Origin: a virus
IMG/VR virus record: IMGVR_UViG_3300032246_002986
Coordinates: 22,541-86,540 of that record
Direction: 5' to 3' (one strand)
Length of the DNA stretch: 64,000 bases
Shown: positions 35,431 through 45,535 of the stretch, one piece after another
Numbering within the stretch: the stretch's first letter is position 1
Layout: every line of letters starts with the position of its first letter
Translations under genes and position numbers: made by a program
The notes under the pieces: model-generated
What the model was told of the DNA's origin: nothing
Databases searched by the model: none
Seen by the model: the letters and a program-made list of their open reading frames with translations, nothing else

Positions 35431-38400
35431 TTAACACGCTGCCTTGCCATTCTGATCGCCCATCATCATGCTGCCAGGAGCATTGGGGCTACCATTATTG
35501 GAACCGTTTGCTCCTGGAGGAGGAGTATTGCCTGTGACAGGAGGTCCAAATCCAGCATCGCTGCCTGCTGCATCTCTCTGTACATCAGTCTGATCTGCTC
35601 TGGCTTCTGTACCACCAGTACCAGTGCCACTGCTGCTGCCGTCCCCAGTCACGCTGCTGGCCTGAGTTGTTTCACCGTTAGCGCCTTGTTCTCCCTGTGG
35701 TGTTGTGGTTGTGGTAGTAACAGGACCGCTGCCATTATCCACAGTTGTTCTTGTCACAGTATTGCCATTACTATCGGTGGTGGTAATACTGCTACTACTA
35801 CTGACCTGGGTTCCTGGGCTACCGCTTACCTGGGTAGTGACAGTCACACTACCGTCAGGACTGGTGGTGGTAGTGGTATTATTGACCGGAGTACCGCCAG
35901 CACTGGTTGTTTCTTGCTGAGTGGAACCTGCACCGTTTATGTTGGTATTGGTGCTCACATTATTGTTGTTGGATCCAGCATTGTTGTTTACGATTTCTTT
36001 GCCATCGGCATCTGTGATTTTGACACTGCTACTGCTGCTGCTGACACTGATATTGGTGGATCCATCGTTATTGGTCTGCACACTCGTGCTGCTGCTTTGT
36101 ATGACATTGCCCTGAGGATCAGTGGTCACTGTCGTGGTGTTGCCTTTGTTGTCATTGGTTGTCACTGTCTTGTTTCCGTCGCCATCATAACTGACTGAGC
36201 TAGAGGATTTGTTGGTGGCCACTGGCGTTCCATTATCCAGTTTCACATCGTCCACTTTATAACTGCTTGCTTTACCTGTTTGGTCATAAGTGGTTACAGT
36301 TTTGGTACCGTTGTTAATATTAGTGACGCTCACGAGATTGCCATCTGCATTGGTTGTCACTACAGTGAGACCTTCCTGGCCTAATGTGGTAACTTTGGTG
36401 CCACCAAAGTCGGTATTTTTTACATCCAAGATAGTATCTGTCTGTCCTGCATTACCGGGATTAGAATATTTGGTGTCATTGGCATTTTCTGTGACATAAT
36501 TGGTGTTGCGACTGGTTGTTTCAGTCTGAGAATTCACAGTCTGATAGGGGTCGGTCACTGTTGTGGTCACTCTGGTATCCACAGGTGGGGTATAGTCTAC
36601 CGCCACTGTTTCAGTACCTGTGTTCGTGGCAGTGCTATCAGTGGCAGGTGGTAGTCCTGTTACTGGATCTACTACGCCTTCGTTGGTTTTGATATCGGCC
36701 GCGGCAGTGGCTTCCTGTTGGGCCACTGCGGTTTCTTTTTCGGCAACCAGTGCAGTCTCTCTTTCTTTACTTGCTGCCAGATCGGTCGTAGCTTCATTTT
36801 CCAATTTACGAGCTTGGTTACCTAAACTTTGGTTCTGACTGGTCAATGCTGCTGTTTGTGTTTTATAAGTGTCTGCATCAATCTTTCCGGTATCATACTG
36901 TTCCTGAACAGCTTCTTGTTTTGCTCTTACATCTGCCTGCTGCGCTCTCAAATCAGCTGCCTGTGCTTGTTTTTCCTCAGCTTGAGACTGGATTGCTTTT
37001 TCAGATTCGATCTTAGTATTAATCTCGTCCACTGATTTTTGTGCAGGCGGATCTAACTTAGTAGCACCATTTTCCTGCTCTACCTTCTGTGCGACAGTAC
37101 CTTCGGGTTCCCCTTCCTTTTTTTCCGGATTGAGATCTCTGGCATCAGCAGGATTTGATGCAGACTTGGCACGATTTGCTTCGATCTCATCCAATTGGCT
37201 CTTTTTCATTGTTTCGCCACTGACCGGATCACGTACCATTGGATCGTTGGCATCCAATTTTTTCTGTGCCTCTTCTTTGAGCCTGATGGCTTCTGCGTTT
37301 TCCTTCTGTGCTCGTTCTGCACCTCGGATCATCACACCGTTGGGATTCTTGTCATTTGCCACTTGCCTGTAAGCAAGAGCATTATTGCTATCAGATTTAC
37401 CAGGTTGTTCATAGATCTTATGGGTGGATACACCATTACCTTTAGGCCAGTTCTGGTCCTGGACCAGTATGTACCTGCCGCGTTCGTCCTGTCCTTGGTC
37501 CAGATATACCGCTGCGTGGTTGCCGGTGTCCCTGTTGGCATAGCTGCCTTTGTCTAGTGTGGCGATGACCGCTCCTGGAGGTGGTGGATTGTCGAATATG
37601 TTTTGGCTGCTCGCCGGTCTCCAGGTGCTAACAACACCGCAATCCGAATTATAGAAAGGATACATCACACATTGTCCGTTGCCCACGACCTTGCCCATCA
37701 GTTCTGGATTGGGAACGGAACCGCTGTATACAGCACTGGGAACGCTTGGGTTTATCCCACTGCCACTGTTGGTGTTGTAATCGGTGCTGTAGTTGGCACT
37801 GGAACTCCAGTTGCCACCGCCGCTGGTACCCCCACTGACATTGATACTGCCGCCGTTGCTGCTGCCTCCTGAGAATAGATTGTTGACAGCTTTGTTCACA
37901 TATCCTGTAGCGATACCAGTAACTTTATTGACTACAGTGCTTATGGCTGCATTTTTAACTATATTCAACAGACTGCTGCTGCCTTTTTGGGCACTGGCAG
38001 TATAAACCGGACTGTAACCTCCGAAACCAAACTGCCCACTGCCGTTCTGCCAGGGTTTGGTAGTGGGAGCAATTGACTGGATCAGGTCAGTGGGAGCCAC
38101 TCCCAGGCTCAGCGCACAACCGCCCAGTATCTGATTGTAGGTGTAAATTATCCTGCCTTGCACGAATTTTATCATTGCACTGATGAACGCCACACGGGTC
38201 TTGCCCTCTTTGAGGTTCACATAATCATTGGGCGCGATACCCACCAGGTTTTGTGTGAATCGGGCCAGGCTTTTCACGTTGTTATCAGTGACATTTGCCT
38301 GCAGATACTTGGCTATCAGTTGGATGCAGGTGAGTTTATTGCCCGAGTAATAGCTGTCGAACAGGCTGACGAATGCGGCTATGCCCTGTTCAGGCTTGGT

Positions 38401-40437
38401 ATAGATGGCCAGGCTGTTGGCGAATCCCGCAGCGTATTTGTCATCAGGACCATATTGCAGATTACCAGGATTGTTTTGCAATTCCCCTGCACTGTATTTG
38501 GCTTTATCTGCCGCGCTCTGTGTCTTGAGGCTCACATCGAAGCTGGCACCTGTACCGTAACTGACATTCTGCAATGGTGTTGTGGTGCTGTAGTGTTGTG
38601 TCTTGGGATATTGTGGATTGCTGGTATTGTAGCTTTGCCCATTGTTGATCAAATTACTCACTGCGGTCTTGATGGTTGCAGTAGCGATACCGTTAACCAC
38701 GCTATTGACCACCTTACCGAAACCGAAGCTGCTGCCTTGGCCTGCGTTGCCGTTGTTGTAGGCAGCGGCGTTGGTGTTCATATTGCTGCCTGCATTGCCT
38801 CCGGTCTGGCCAGTGGCATCAGGGATAGCACTGTCGCGCAATGAACCGGTGCCTGCACTCGTGCCTATGTTGCCAGCATCGCTGGCTGCTGCCGCTGCCT
38901 GTGCTGCATCATTGCTGCTGCTCTGTGCAGTGTTGCTGCTCTGCCCTTCGAAACTGCCTTGCTGGCCATTGTTATATGTCACAGGGCCTATGTCGTTGGT
39001 CATTGATCCATAACTTTGTGGTGTCATACCGCTGCCGAAATTATTGGTGGCACCGAACTCTCCAGCTGCGCCGTCTGGCTGGCCATTAGTGGCTCCATAT
39101 GTGGGCTGTGCTGCCGGATTTGCAACACCACCTGATCCGCCTCCGTTGGTGCCTTTGTGTCCGGTCCAAGGTTCTTTGGTGGGCATCTGCATAGGCATCA
39201 TCGCGCCGCCAGCGTCCATTGCTTTGGTGGCCATGGTCGTCTGGATAGTGGTACAACTGCCTTTGACATTGATGATGCCGCCGCTGGCCACCTGCAAACA
39301 TTTGTCGCCTGTGAGATAAGTGTTCATACCTTTCAGGTGCAAGCCCATCATGCCGCTGATCTTGGTTGTGCCACCGCCTTTGATGTTGACATCTTTGCCT
39401 TCTATATTGACCGCCGCGTCGGATTTGATATCCACACTAGCTCCGTGTATCTTTATCCCAGCTTTGCTGTCCAGATTGATACCAGCCTGTGCATACATAT
39501 TGACCTGTGCGCCGCTGTACACGTTGACATCGCCTTGTCCGTTCAATTCCACCCAAGCCGTGCCTTTGCTGTTGATGATGTACATGAAATCCTTGGTATC
39601 GTTCATCAGGATCATATGGCCGTTGCTGCTTCGCAGGCGGAACATACGGTTGTTGCCCTGTGCGTCACCATCATCCATCACGAATGTATGACCACCGCGC
39701 CTGCCTTTGGTCTGAGCACTGTATGTGACAGGATCCGGACCTTGATCGCTGCTGCCATCATTGGGGTCAGGAGCGTTCTGTTCCACATTTTGCTGTATGG
39801 GTTGGCCTGGAGTGCTGATACCGAAAACACTGCTGGGTGTTTCGCGGAAAGCACTGCTGGTTCCTGGTCCACGATCAGGGTCCTGTAACAAGCCCTGTGT
39901 GCTCCAGATCTGTTTTTGTATGTCGTGGCTGGCTTTCTTGAGTGTATGTACACTTGCTAGCGCACTGGGGTCAGCGCCGTTATCATAATATTCTACCACA
40001 GGATCAGGACTGCTGTGATCCACACTGGCACTGATGCCTGGCAACATATGCAAGCTGGGCCATTCAGGCACACAGGCGAAATAATATCCCCTGGCTGGGT
40101 CACCATTGACAAACATACACATGACTTTGGTTTCCAGATCAGGAGGGGTGAACCACATACCATAGCTGTGGGGCGCACTGGCAAAATCAGCGCCTTCCAC
40201 TTTGTCTGTGACACCATAGAACGGCGTGCAGTAACTTACACTTCTCCAGCTGCTGTCATCATCAGGGTCACCACCCAGTTCCGGGATCCAGACCTGCAAT
40301 TTACCGCTACGCAGGGGATCGGTATTGCCTTTGACAATGCCTATGAAAGGCCCTGGGGCCATCCTGACACCAGCTGCCGATTCGTGTACTGTATGACTTG
40401 CGGCTTTTCTAGCTTCTGTGTTTTGTAAGTTTGCCAT
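35431..40437 (-). CDS. gp5/VgrG-like baseplate spike with C-terminal extension containing NNPGNL domain and NlpC/P60-type (BPSL0067/Tae2-like) amidase domain
   Basis: N-terminal OB-fold motif (GIVKGNTDPLRSGKLQVWIPEL...SYGMWFTPPD), beta-helix repeats, KEPWTGH; later NNPGNLQY, then GNGQC...STWR...GAVIAT...GNHAAVYL...VQDQNW; coiled coil; T/S/N-rich tail. Confidence 0.75.
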   Translation of the reverse strand: MANLQNTEARKAASHTVHESAAGVRMAPGPFIGIVKGNTDPLRSGKLQVWIPELGGDPDDDSSWRSVSYCTPFYGVTDKVEGADFASAPHSYGMWFTPPDLETKVMCMFVNGDPARGYYFACVPEWPSLHMLPGISASVDHSSPDPVVEYYDNGADPSALASVHTLKKASHDIQKQIWSTQGLLQDPDRGPGTSSAFRETPSSVFGISTPGQPIQQNVEQNAPDPNDGSSDQGPDPVTYSAQTKGRRGGHTFVMDDGDAQGNNRMFRLRSSNGHMILMNDTKDFMYIINSKGTAWVELNGQGDVNVYSGAQVNMYAQAGINLDSKAGIKIHGASVDIKSDAAVNIEGKDVNIKGGGTTKISGMMGLHLKGMNTYLTGDKCLQVASGGIINVKGSCTTIQTTMATKAMDAGGAMMPMQMPTKEPWTGHKGTNGGGSGGVANPAAQPTYGATNGQPDGAAGEFGATNNFGSGMTPQSYGSMTNDIGPVTYNNGQQGSFEGQSSNTAQSSSNDAAQAAAAASDAGNIGTSAGTGSLRDSAIPDATGQTGGNAGSNMNTNAAAYNNGNAGQGSSFGFGKVVNSVVNGIATATIKTAVSNLINNGQSYNTSNPQYPKTQHYSTTTPLQNVSYGTGASFDVSLKTQSAADKAKYSAGELQNNPGNLQYGPDDKYAAGFANSLAIYTKPEQGIAAFVSLFDSYYSGNKLTCIQLIAKYLQANVTDNNVKSLARFTQNLVGIAPNDYVNLKEGKTRVAFISAMIKFVQGRIIYTYNQILGGCALSLGVAPTDLIQSIAPTTKPWQNGSGQFGFGGYSPVYTASAQKGSSSLLNIVKNAAISTVVNKVTGIATGYVNKAVNNLFSGGSSNGGSINVSGGTSGGGNWSSSANYSTDYNTNSGSGINPSVPSAVYSGSVPNPELMGKVVGNGQCVMYPFYNSDCGVVSTWRPASSQNIFDNPPPPGAVIATLDKGSYANRDTGNHAAVYLDQGQDERGRYILVQDQNWPKGNGVSTHKIYEQPGKSDSNNALAYRQVANDKNPNGVMIRGAERAQKENAEAIRLKEEAQKKLDANDPMVRDPVSGETMKKSQLDEIEANRAKSASNPADARDLNPEKKEGEPEGTVAQKVEQENGATKLDPPAQKSVDEINTKIESEKAIQSQAEEKQAQAADLRAQQADVRAKQEAVQEQYDTGKIDADTYKTQTAALTSQNQSLGNQARKLENEATTDLAASKERETALVAEKETAVAQQEATAAADIKTNEGVVDPVTGLPPATDSTATNTGTETVAVDYTPPVDTRVTTTVTDPYQTVNSQTETTSRNTNYVTENANDTKYSNPGNAGQTDTILDVKNTDFGGTKVTTLGQEGLTVVTTNADGNLVSVTNINNGTKTVTTYDQTGKASSYKVDDVKLDNGTPVATNKSSSSVSYDGDGNKTVTTNDNKGNTTTVTTDPQGNVIQSSSTSVQTNNDGSTNISVSSSSSSVKITDADGKEIVNNNAGSNNNNVSTNTNINGAGSTQQETTSAGGTPVNNTTTTTSPDGSVTVTTQVSGSPGTQVSSSSSITTTDSNGNTVTRTTVDNGSGPVTTTTTTPQGEQGANGETTQASSVTGDGSSSGTGTGGTEARADQTDVQRDAAGSDAGFGPPVTGNTPPPGANGSNNGSPNAPGSMMMGDQNGKAAC

Positions 40438-40455
40438 TTTAGTTCACCTATATTA

Positions 40456-43251
40456 TTATGGTTGTAAATTATCTTCCGAATACCCAGGACTGGTATTAAT
40501 GGGCAAGGGAGGTAGTGCAGAACCGCCATACCCTGGCGGATTGGGTACGATAGTCTTGTTGTTGGCTTTTTCTGCCGTGGGATTGGTATTTCTATCAGAA
40601 CTGACCACGACTTTTTCGTCTGATCTAACTTTAACCGTGGTGCTTTCCGTCTGATTCCTGGTGCGGACATTCAACAACTTCTGAGTGAACTTGCCTCTCT
40701 GGAAATAACTGGTGACCTGTATCACGTTATATGTGCCGCTGAATGTGCTGTAGGCACCATCCTGATTGAACAAGCCGCTCTGATCATCGTAGTCGGTATT
40801 GGGGGTGCGGAAAAAGAAATTGAAATATGTTTCTCTAGTGAAATTGACGCTGCCGTTACCTATATAGGGACTGGGTCCGATTTCCGGTCCAAACAACACA
40901 GTGTCCTGGTCTATCCAATCGGGATCTCCCACTATGGTTATATCCAGTTGTATCATATCAGCGTCATTATCGAACAACTTGTTCATCAATTCGCCCACGG
41001 CGATATTGCTCTGATTGATAGTGGTGGGACCAGTGTTCTGTTGGTTGGCTAGGCCTCGTGTGTATAGATATTTGGGCTTGCTCCATCTGGGATCAGTGGA
41101 ACCATCATATTTGTCAGGCGCTGGTGGTGTATCTGATCCTGGAGTTTCATTGGTCTTATTGATGTAATTGGTGGGTACACCGTTTTTCAATTCGAAAAAC
41201 GCCATCTTGTACTCTATGCCCACATTGATGACATCTTTGTTGTCACCAGTATAGATGTAATTGTACTGTTTGACGATATCGCTGCTTGCTGGTGGTTTCT
41301 GCCCGAAACCCTGTGCATCTTGTCCCAGGATCTGGTATGGTGTCACGACGAATCTCACAGTGCGCTGGTAATAATTGGTAGCTGGATCCACGGGCCCCCA
41401 TTTGACCACAGGATTTATCTTGTAAGTATACAAGGGTTGATCCTTATTGGCACCATCTGGTTTGTGTTGATCAGTCATGAAGGTGCTTATCTTGATGATA
41501 CTGCTGATGAAATCGGTTATCTTGGTACCAGCCTGCGCCCTGAAAGTGTTGTTATTGAAATCTGCCGTGAGGCTTCCCACTTTACCAGCCTGTATGGCAT
41601 TGGGATCTTTACCGCTGGTCATAGCCACTGCACCAGTCTGGTATTTCTTGGGATCTGCTATCTTGGCATCGCCGATGGCTGGATCGAACCGGAATTCATA
41701 CACATTGGGCAGTGTCTGGCCCTTGTTGCCTGATTTGGTTTTTTCGATTTCGGCATTGTTGAGAGCCTTGTCCAATCCTTTGATAACAGTGGTGGTGCTA
41801 TTGGTGTTGCTGGGATTTTCCTGCACTGTGTTGAGCTCTGCTTCACGAGCACTCTTGGGTGCGGCGGTGGCATTGCCCTTGCTGCTGAGTTCTCCGTTGA
41901 ACAGGTCTTTGACCGTGCTGGCTTGTACTTCCACATGGAAGGGAATCACATTGTCCAGCACTGTCTTGGCCATATCGTTGCAGGGTATGGCATCCACATA
42001 ATATATGGCACCGCTGCTGCTGATCTTGAAAGTCATATTCAGGAGCGTCATTGGAATATACTTTGTTGTGTCTGGAATTACCTGAGGTATACCCTTATCA
42101 TCATAACCTAGGAATTCTATCTTGAGACAGAAGAACGTGGTGTCCCAGGTGCCATCTGGATTGACTTCCCTGCTGGCTGTGATCAATCTGCCCATGAAAT
42201 TGGCAGTGTAGGGTTCTGTCACTTCGAATTTGATCTTTATCACATCGCTGCCGCGGGTACGTTGTGTCTGTCCCACGATGGTCTGCATCTCCACATTGTC
42301 TATGCTGAGATCCGTGGGAAAATATTGGCTCCTCTCGTAGCCACCTATACCACCATCCGCACACACATAAATGCTGTTGGCCAATATGGCTTCACTGCCA
42401 CCGTCTGGATTGATAGCACCTGTGTACATCTGGTTTACAGTGTCTCGCGGTATCATATGCAGACTGATCCTATAAGTCCAGTTGACATAATCGTGTAATT
42501 TGTTGCCGCGTATGGTACCTGTATCGCTCTTGCCCTGCCCACCTTGATTACTGGGTTTGGCAGTGGCTTTGCCGCCACTGGTGATCTGGAATCCGCTGGG
42601 CTCCAACAAACCAGTGGGTCTGACCTGTGTGTTGGGATTGGGGTTACTGGATCCTGATTGGTCCAGTGCGTTGTATATGGGTTTGATGGTAATACCTGTA
42701 TTGCCGCCAGCCGGACCGTCTTCGAATTGCCCTTTATATTGTGCTATCAATTCTGGATTGATGCCAGACTTACCGCCTATCACCAGGGGTTTGGTCTGTG
42801 TTTCTGTTCCAGCTTTGGCAGCACCTGTGGCATCAGACGCCACAGGGGTAGTTGTACCACCGCTGTTGACAGTTGTGATTTTGCTTCCGTCCGTGCCTGT
42901 ATTGACAGTCGCCCCGGATGTTTGTGCTGCTTGAGCAGCCACGGGATTTTCACTGGCTGGTGTGCTTGTACCAAGTATGCTGGTAGCTACCCCTGTTTCT
43001 GAAATGTTGACTGTCTGGAAATATCCGGCACTGCCAGTGATGTAAGGCGTGTTTAAAGGCGATCCAAATCCTTTCCTGCCTAAACTGAGTTTGTCATAAC
43101 CTCCGTCCACTATGACTTTAGCCATGGCCTGGTCACGTTGTTCATTGGTCCATTCTTGTCCGTTAGCAGCCTGATATTGCTTGCTCAGATTTGTGATTTG
43201 CTGTTGCGCGGCTGTTAACTGATCTTTTGCTTCAAGGGTACTGGCTGGCAT
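40456..43251 (-). CDS. Putative baseplate hub / tail protein
   Basis: NKLHDYVNWTY, FEVTEPY, LKIEFLGY, IVGDPDWI, FSGTYNVIQVTSYF..GKFTQ.L; lies between gp53-like and gp5-like genes. Confidence 0.6.
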   Translation of the reverse strand: MPASTLEAKDQLTAAQQQITNLSKQYQAANGQEWTNEQRDQAMAKVIVDGGYDKLSLGRKGFGSPLNTPYITGSAGYFQTVNISETGVATSILGTSTPASENPVAAQAAQTSGATVNTGTDGSKITTVNSGGTTTPVASDATGAAKAGTETQTKPLVIGGKSGINPELIAQYKGQFEDGPAGGNTGITIKPIYNALDQSGSSNPNPNTQVRPTGLLEPSGFQITSGGKATAKPSNQGGQGKSDTGTIRGNKLHDYVNWTYRISLHMIPRDTVNQMYTGAINPDGGSEAILANSIYVCADGGIGGYERSQYFPTDLSIDNVEMQTIVGQTQRTRGSDVIKIKFEVTEPYTANFMGRLITASREVNPDGTWDTTFFCLKIEFLGYDDKGIPQVIPDTTKYIPMTLLNMTFKISSSGAIYYVDAIPCNDMAKTVLDNVIPFHVEVQASTVKDLFNGELSSKGNATAAPKSAREAELNTVQENPSNTNSTTTVIKGLDKALNNAEIEKTKSGNKGQTLPNVYEFRFDPAIGDAKIADPKKYQTGAVAMTSGKDPNAIQAGKVGSLTADFNNNTFRAQAGTKITDFISSIIKISTFMTDQHKPDGANKDQPLYTYKINPVVKWGPVDPATNYYQRTVRFVVTPYQILGQDAQGFGQKPPASSDIVKQYNYIYTGDNKDVINVGIEYKMAFFELKNGVPTNYINKTNETPGSDTPPAPDKYDGSTDPRWSKPKYLYTRGLANQQNTGPTTINQSNIAVGELMNKLFDNDADMIQLDITIVGDPDWIDQDTVLFGPEIGPSPYIGNGSVNFTRETYFNFFFRTPNTDYDDQSGLFNQDGAYSTFSGTYNVIQVTSYFQRGKFTQKLLNVRTRNQTESTTVKVRSDEKVVVSSDRNTNPTAEKANNKTIVPNPPGYGGSALPPLPINTSPGYSEDNLQP

Positions 43252-43252
43252 A

Positions 43253-43567
43253 TCAGCCTCCCAGCGACTTGATCAGGGTATTTTTCTGGGGCAGATAGAT
43301 GTGTGTGCCTGCCGTAAAATCCCACAGTGGATCAAGTAGAGTATTGGGGTTACGCATGGCGAATACCCACCACAGGTTGCTGTTGTGATACAGGTCGTTT
43401 GCCAATAGATCAGGACGCAGATGATAGGTGGGACTTATGGCAGCATAGATGTCATCAGCCTGTCTACCTATGGATCTGGGAACGAGTATGTCCAAAAACC
43501 TACCATCGAACAATGGAGTGTTGTAATATGGACTGGCTTGCCCGTAGTTTACCGGTGTGAATGCCAT
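43253..43567 (-). CDS. Baseplate wedge subunit, gp53/LysM-like
   Basis: YHLRPDLLANDLY..SNLWWVFA.RN...IYLP; start at ATG 43567 (TAATG overlap with upstream stop). Confidence 0.75.
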   Translation of the reverse strand: MAFTPVNYGQASPYYNTPLFDGRFLDILVPRSIGRQADDIYAAISPTYHLRPDLLANDLYHNSNLWWVFAMRNPNTLLDPLWDFTAGTHIYLPQKNTLIKSLGG

Positions 43568-44595
43568 TATAACCAACCTCCGCTGCCACCTGGGCTACCT
43601 TGTATGAGACTGCCATTCACGAAATTATCCACACCGAATTCATTGCTGATTTTGTTTCTGCTCCATAGCGGTATGAGGTTCATATTGCAGTTGGCCAATG
43701 TGGGTACCTTTTGTTTGTAGCCTCCAACTTCACAACTGATGTAATCCACATCAGCAGGGAAACTGTAATCGAAGCTGCCTACGACTACTGGAATGTGATC
43801 GAAGGTGTAGGGTCCATATGCATCCAGGAACAACACCGGAGGTGGTGTTCCTGCCAGGCTGTCCTGTCCATAGAACATCTTTGTCACGGACCTAAAGAAG
43901 TGTATCACTGCCACTATGTATTCCGCTTCGGCAGGATAGTTTGCACTGAATTGGCCATTGATACCGATGCTGTTGACAGAACTGTGTTGGTAAAGCGGAG
44001 TGGAATAATTGGTATGTACCAGGTTTTGCATTTCATAACTGGCAGTGTGGCTCACTGTTATGGTGGGCGTGATGGGGAACAACACACCGCCTATTTGATT
44101 CAGTGGTGCAAGTATGCTGCTCTGTCCTATGAATTTACCGCTTTGATCGTAAATGATCACACGATCTTCTGTGTCATCAGCAAATGCTGTGCTGCTGTTG
44201 CCGCTTGCTGGTCTTAGCATACTACCGTTGCTGGCTCCAGGAGGATAACCGCTTCCACTGAGCCTGTTGACCGCGGGTGATAATGTGTTGTTCAAAACAT
44301 TGTTCACAATGTTGACACCAGCATTGATAGCTGTGCTGACAACTGCTGTCTTGAGAGTCTGAGTGCCGTAATAGGCCAGATTGTTTATACCGTAATTGTA
44401 ATAGTTTTGTGCAGGTAGGTTATAACCTATGGTTCCTGGCAAGGGATTTGCAGGATTATACCCATTATATGTGGCCAGGTTATAATTGGTGTAGTAGGGT
44501 TGACTGGCGCTGATACCAGCAGTGTTAAACCCTGTTTGGTTTACCTGTGGCGTTCTGCTGTAATATTGACTGGGTGTATAAGTGAAATTTACCAT
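43567..44595 (-). CDS. Putative baseplate/tail-tube initiator protein with N/Y/Q-rich N-terminal extension
   Basis: GVLFPITPTI...HTNY, HFFRSVTKMFYG, GTPPPVLFLDAYG, VDYI; first gene of the late baseplate operon. Confidence 0.6.
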   Translation of the reverse strand: MVNFTYTPSQYYSRTPQVNQTGFNTAGISASQPYYTNYNLATYNGYNPANPLPGTIGYNLPAQNYYNYGINNLAYYGTQTLKTAVVSTAINAGVNIVNNVLNNTLSPAVNRLSGSGYPPGASNGSMLRPASGNSSTAFADDTEDRVIIYDQSGKFIGQSSILAPLNQIGGVLFPITPTITVSHTASYEMQNLVHTNYSTPLYQHSSVNSIGINGQFSANYPAEAEYIVAVIHFFRSVTKMFYGQDSLAGTPPPVLFLDAYGPYTFDHIPVVVGSFDYSFPADVDYISCEVGGYKQKVPTLANCNMNLIPLWSRNKISNEFGVDNFVNGSLIQGSPGGSGGWL

Positions 44596-44612
44596 AATTA
44601 AATACCTTATTA

Positions 44613-44619
44613 TATTTAT
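44613..44619 (-). promoter_or_regulatory. T4-like late promoter box (ATAAATA)
   Basis: About 17 nt upstream of ATG 44595. Confidence 0.6.
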
Positions 44620-44643
44620 TCTTTAATAATATGGCTATATAAT
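44615..44643 (+). promoter_or_regulatory. Sigma70-type promoter for the sigma factor gene; predicted leaderless
   Basis: TTTATT, 17 nt, TATAAT, then 6 nt to ATG 44650; weak -35. Confidence 0.55.
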
Positions 44644-44649
44644 GGTAGA

Positions 44650-45498
44650 ATGAGTATCACCCCCACACCCACAAAGCGCACCCCATACTTAACCAATAAA
44701 GAACTGCTGAGAGAAATACACAAGAGTAAAAACAGCTATTGCAGCTATCTCACTCCTGATGATCATCAGTATGACATAATCCTGCCCAGCCTGAGCAAGG
44801 TCAATCAGCGCACAACCGCTGAAGCCAAACGCAATCGTGCAGATCGCATCGCCAAGCTGGCCTGGGAAGCCAAAACCGCCACAGGCGTCAAAAGTCGCCT
44901 GGACGATCACAGTATTGACTGGCACAAGATAGCCAAGACAGAAGTGATATTCCGTATCATCTGTTGGGATCATATTCCACTGGCACCTGGTCGTAAGAAG
45001 AGCCCCAAAGCTGTAGCTGACCATCACACCAAGGTAAACTTTCCTCCTTTCCAACATTATCGTTATGATGAGAATGACGAACTTGTCTGTGTGGGCAAGA
45101 GCCACTGGCAGGGCGGTTTACAGAACGGCTGGTTCAACAAGGACCACGGCAAGATGACTCCACAACTGGCCAGGATGTTTATCAAACTTTGCGAGCGTTA
45201 CGGCAGCAAAGGCAACTGGAGAGGATACACCTACAATGATGAAATGCGTAGCCAAGCTCTGTTGCAGCTCAGCCAAGTGGGTTTACAATTCGATGAGAGC
45301 AAATCTAATAATCCTTTTGCTTATTATACTGCAACTATCACTAACAGTTTCACTCGCGTCCTCAACGTGGAAAAACGAAACCAACACCTACGAGATGATA
45401 TCCTGGAGATGAACGGACTGAATCCATCATATACCAGACAGACGGACAATGCCATTAAGGCAGCAGAAATACCACCACCAGCTACGGACGCAGTTTAA
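44650..45498 (+). CDS. Late-transcription sigma factor, T4 gp55-like
   Basis: YLTNKELL start; NWRGYTYNDEM; FDESKSNNPFAYYT...SFTRVLNVEKR; precedes gp47/gp46 as in T4-like phages. Confidence 0.8.
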   Translation: MSITPTPTKRTPYLTNKELLREIHKSKNSYCSYLTPDDHQYDIILPSLSKVNQRTTAEAKRNRADRIAKLAWEAKTATGVKSRLDDHSIDWHKIAKTEVIFRIICWDHIPLAPGRKKSPKAVADHHTKVNFPPFQHYRYDENDELVCVGKSHWQGGLQNGWFNKDHGKMTPQLARMFIKLCERYGSKGNWRGYTYNDEMRSQALLQLSQVGLQFDESKSNNPFAYYTATITNSFTRVLNVEKRNQHLRDDILEMNGLNPSYTRQTDNAIKAAEIPPPATDAV

Positions 45499-45500
45499 TA

Positions 45501-45529
45501 TCGACTTTTTTGTGTGAATTTAGTATAGT
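45501..45529 (+). promoter_or_regulatory. Sigma70-type promoter; predicted leaderless
   Basis: TCGACT, 17 nt, TATAGT, then 6 nt to ATG 45536. Confidence 0.65.
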
Positions 45530-45535
45530 GGTATC

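Noticed and set aside
35431-36500. Repetitive DNA resembling an array or CRISPR
   Set aside because: Imperfect codon-level repeats encoding Thr/Ser/Gly runs; no constant repeat-spacer structure.
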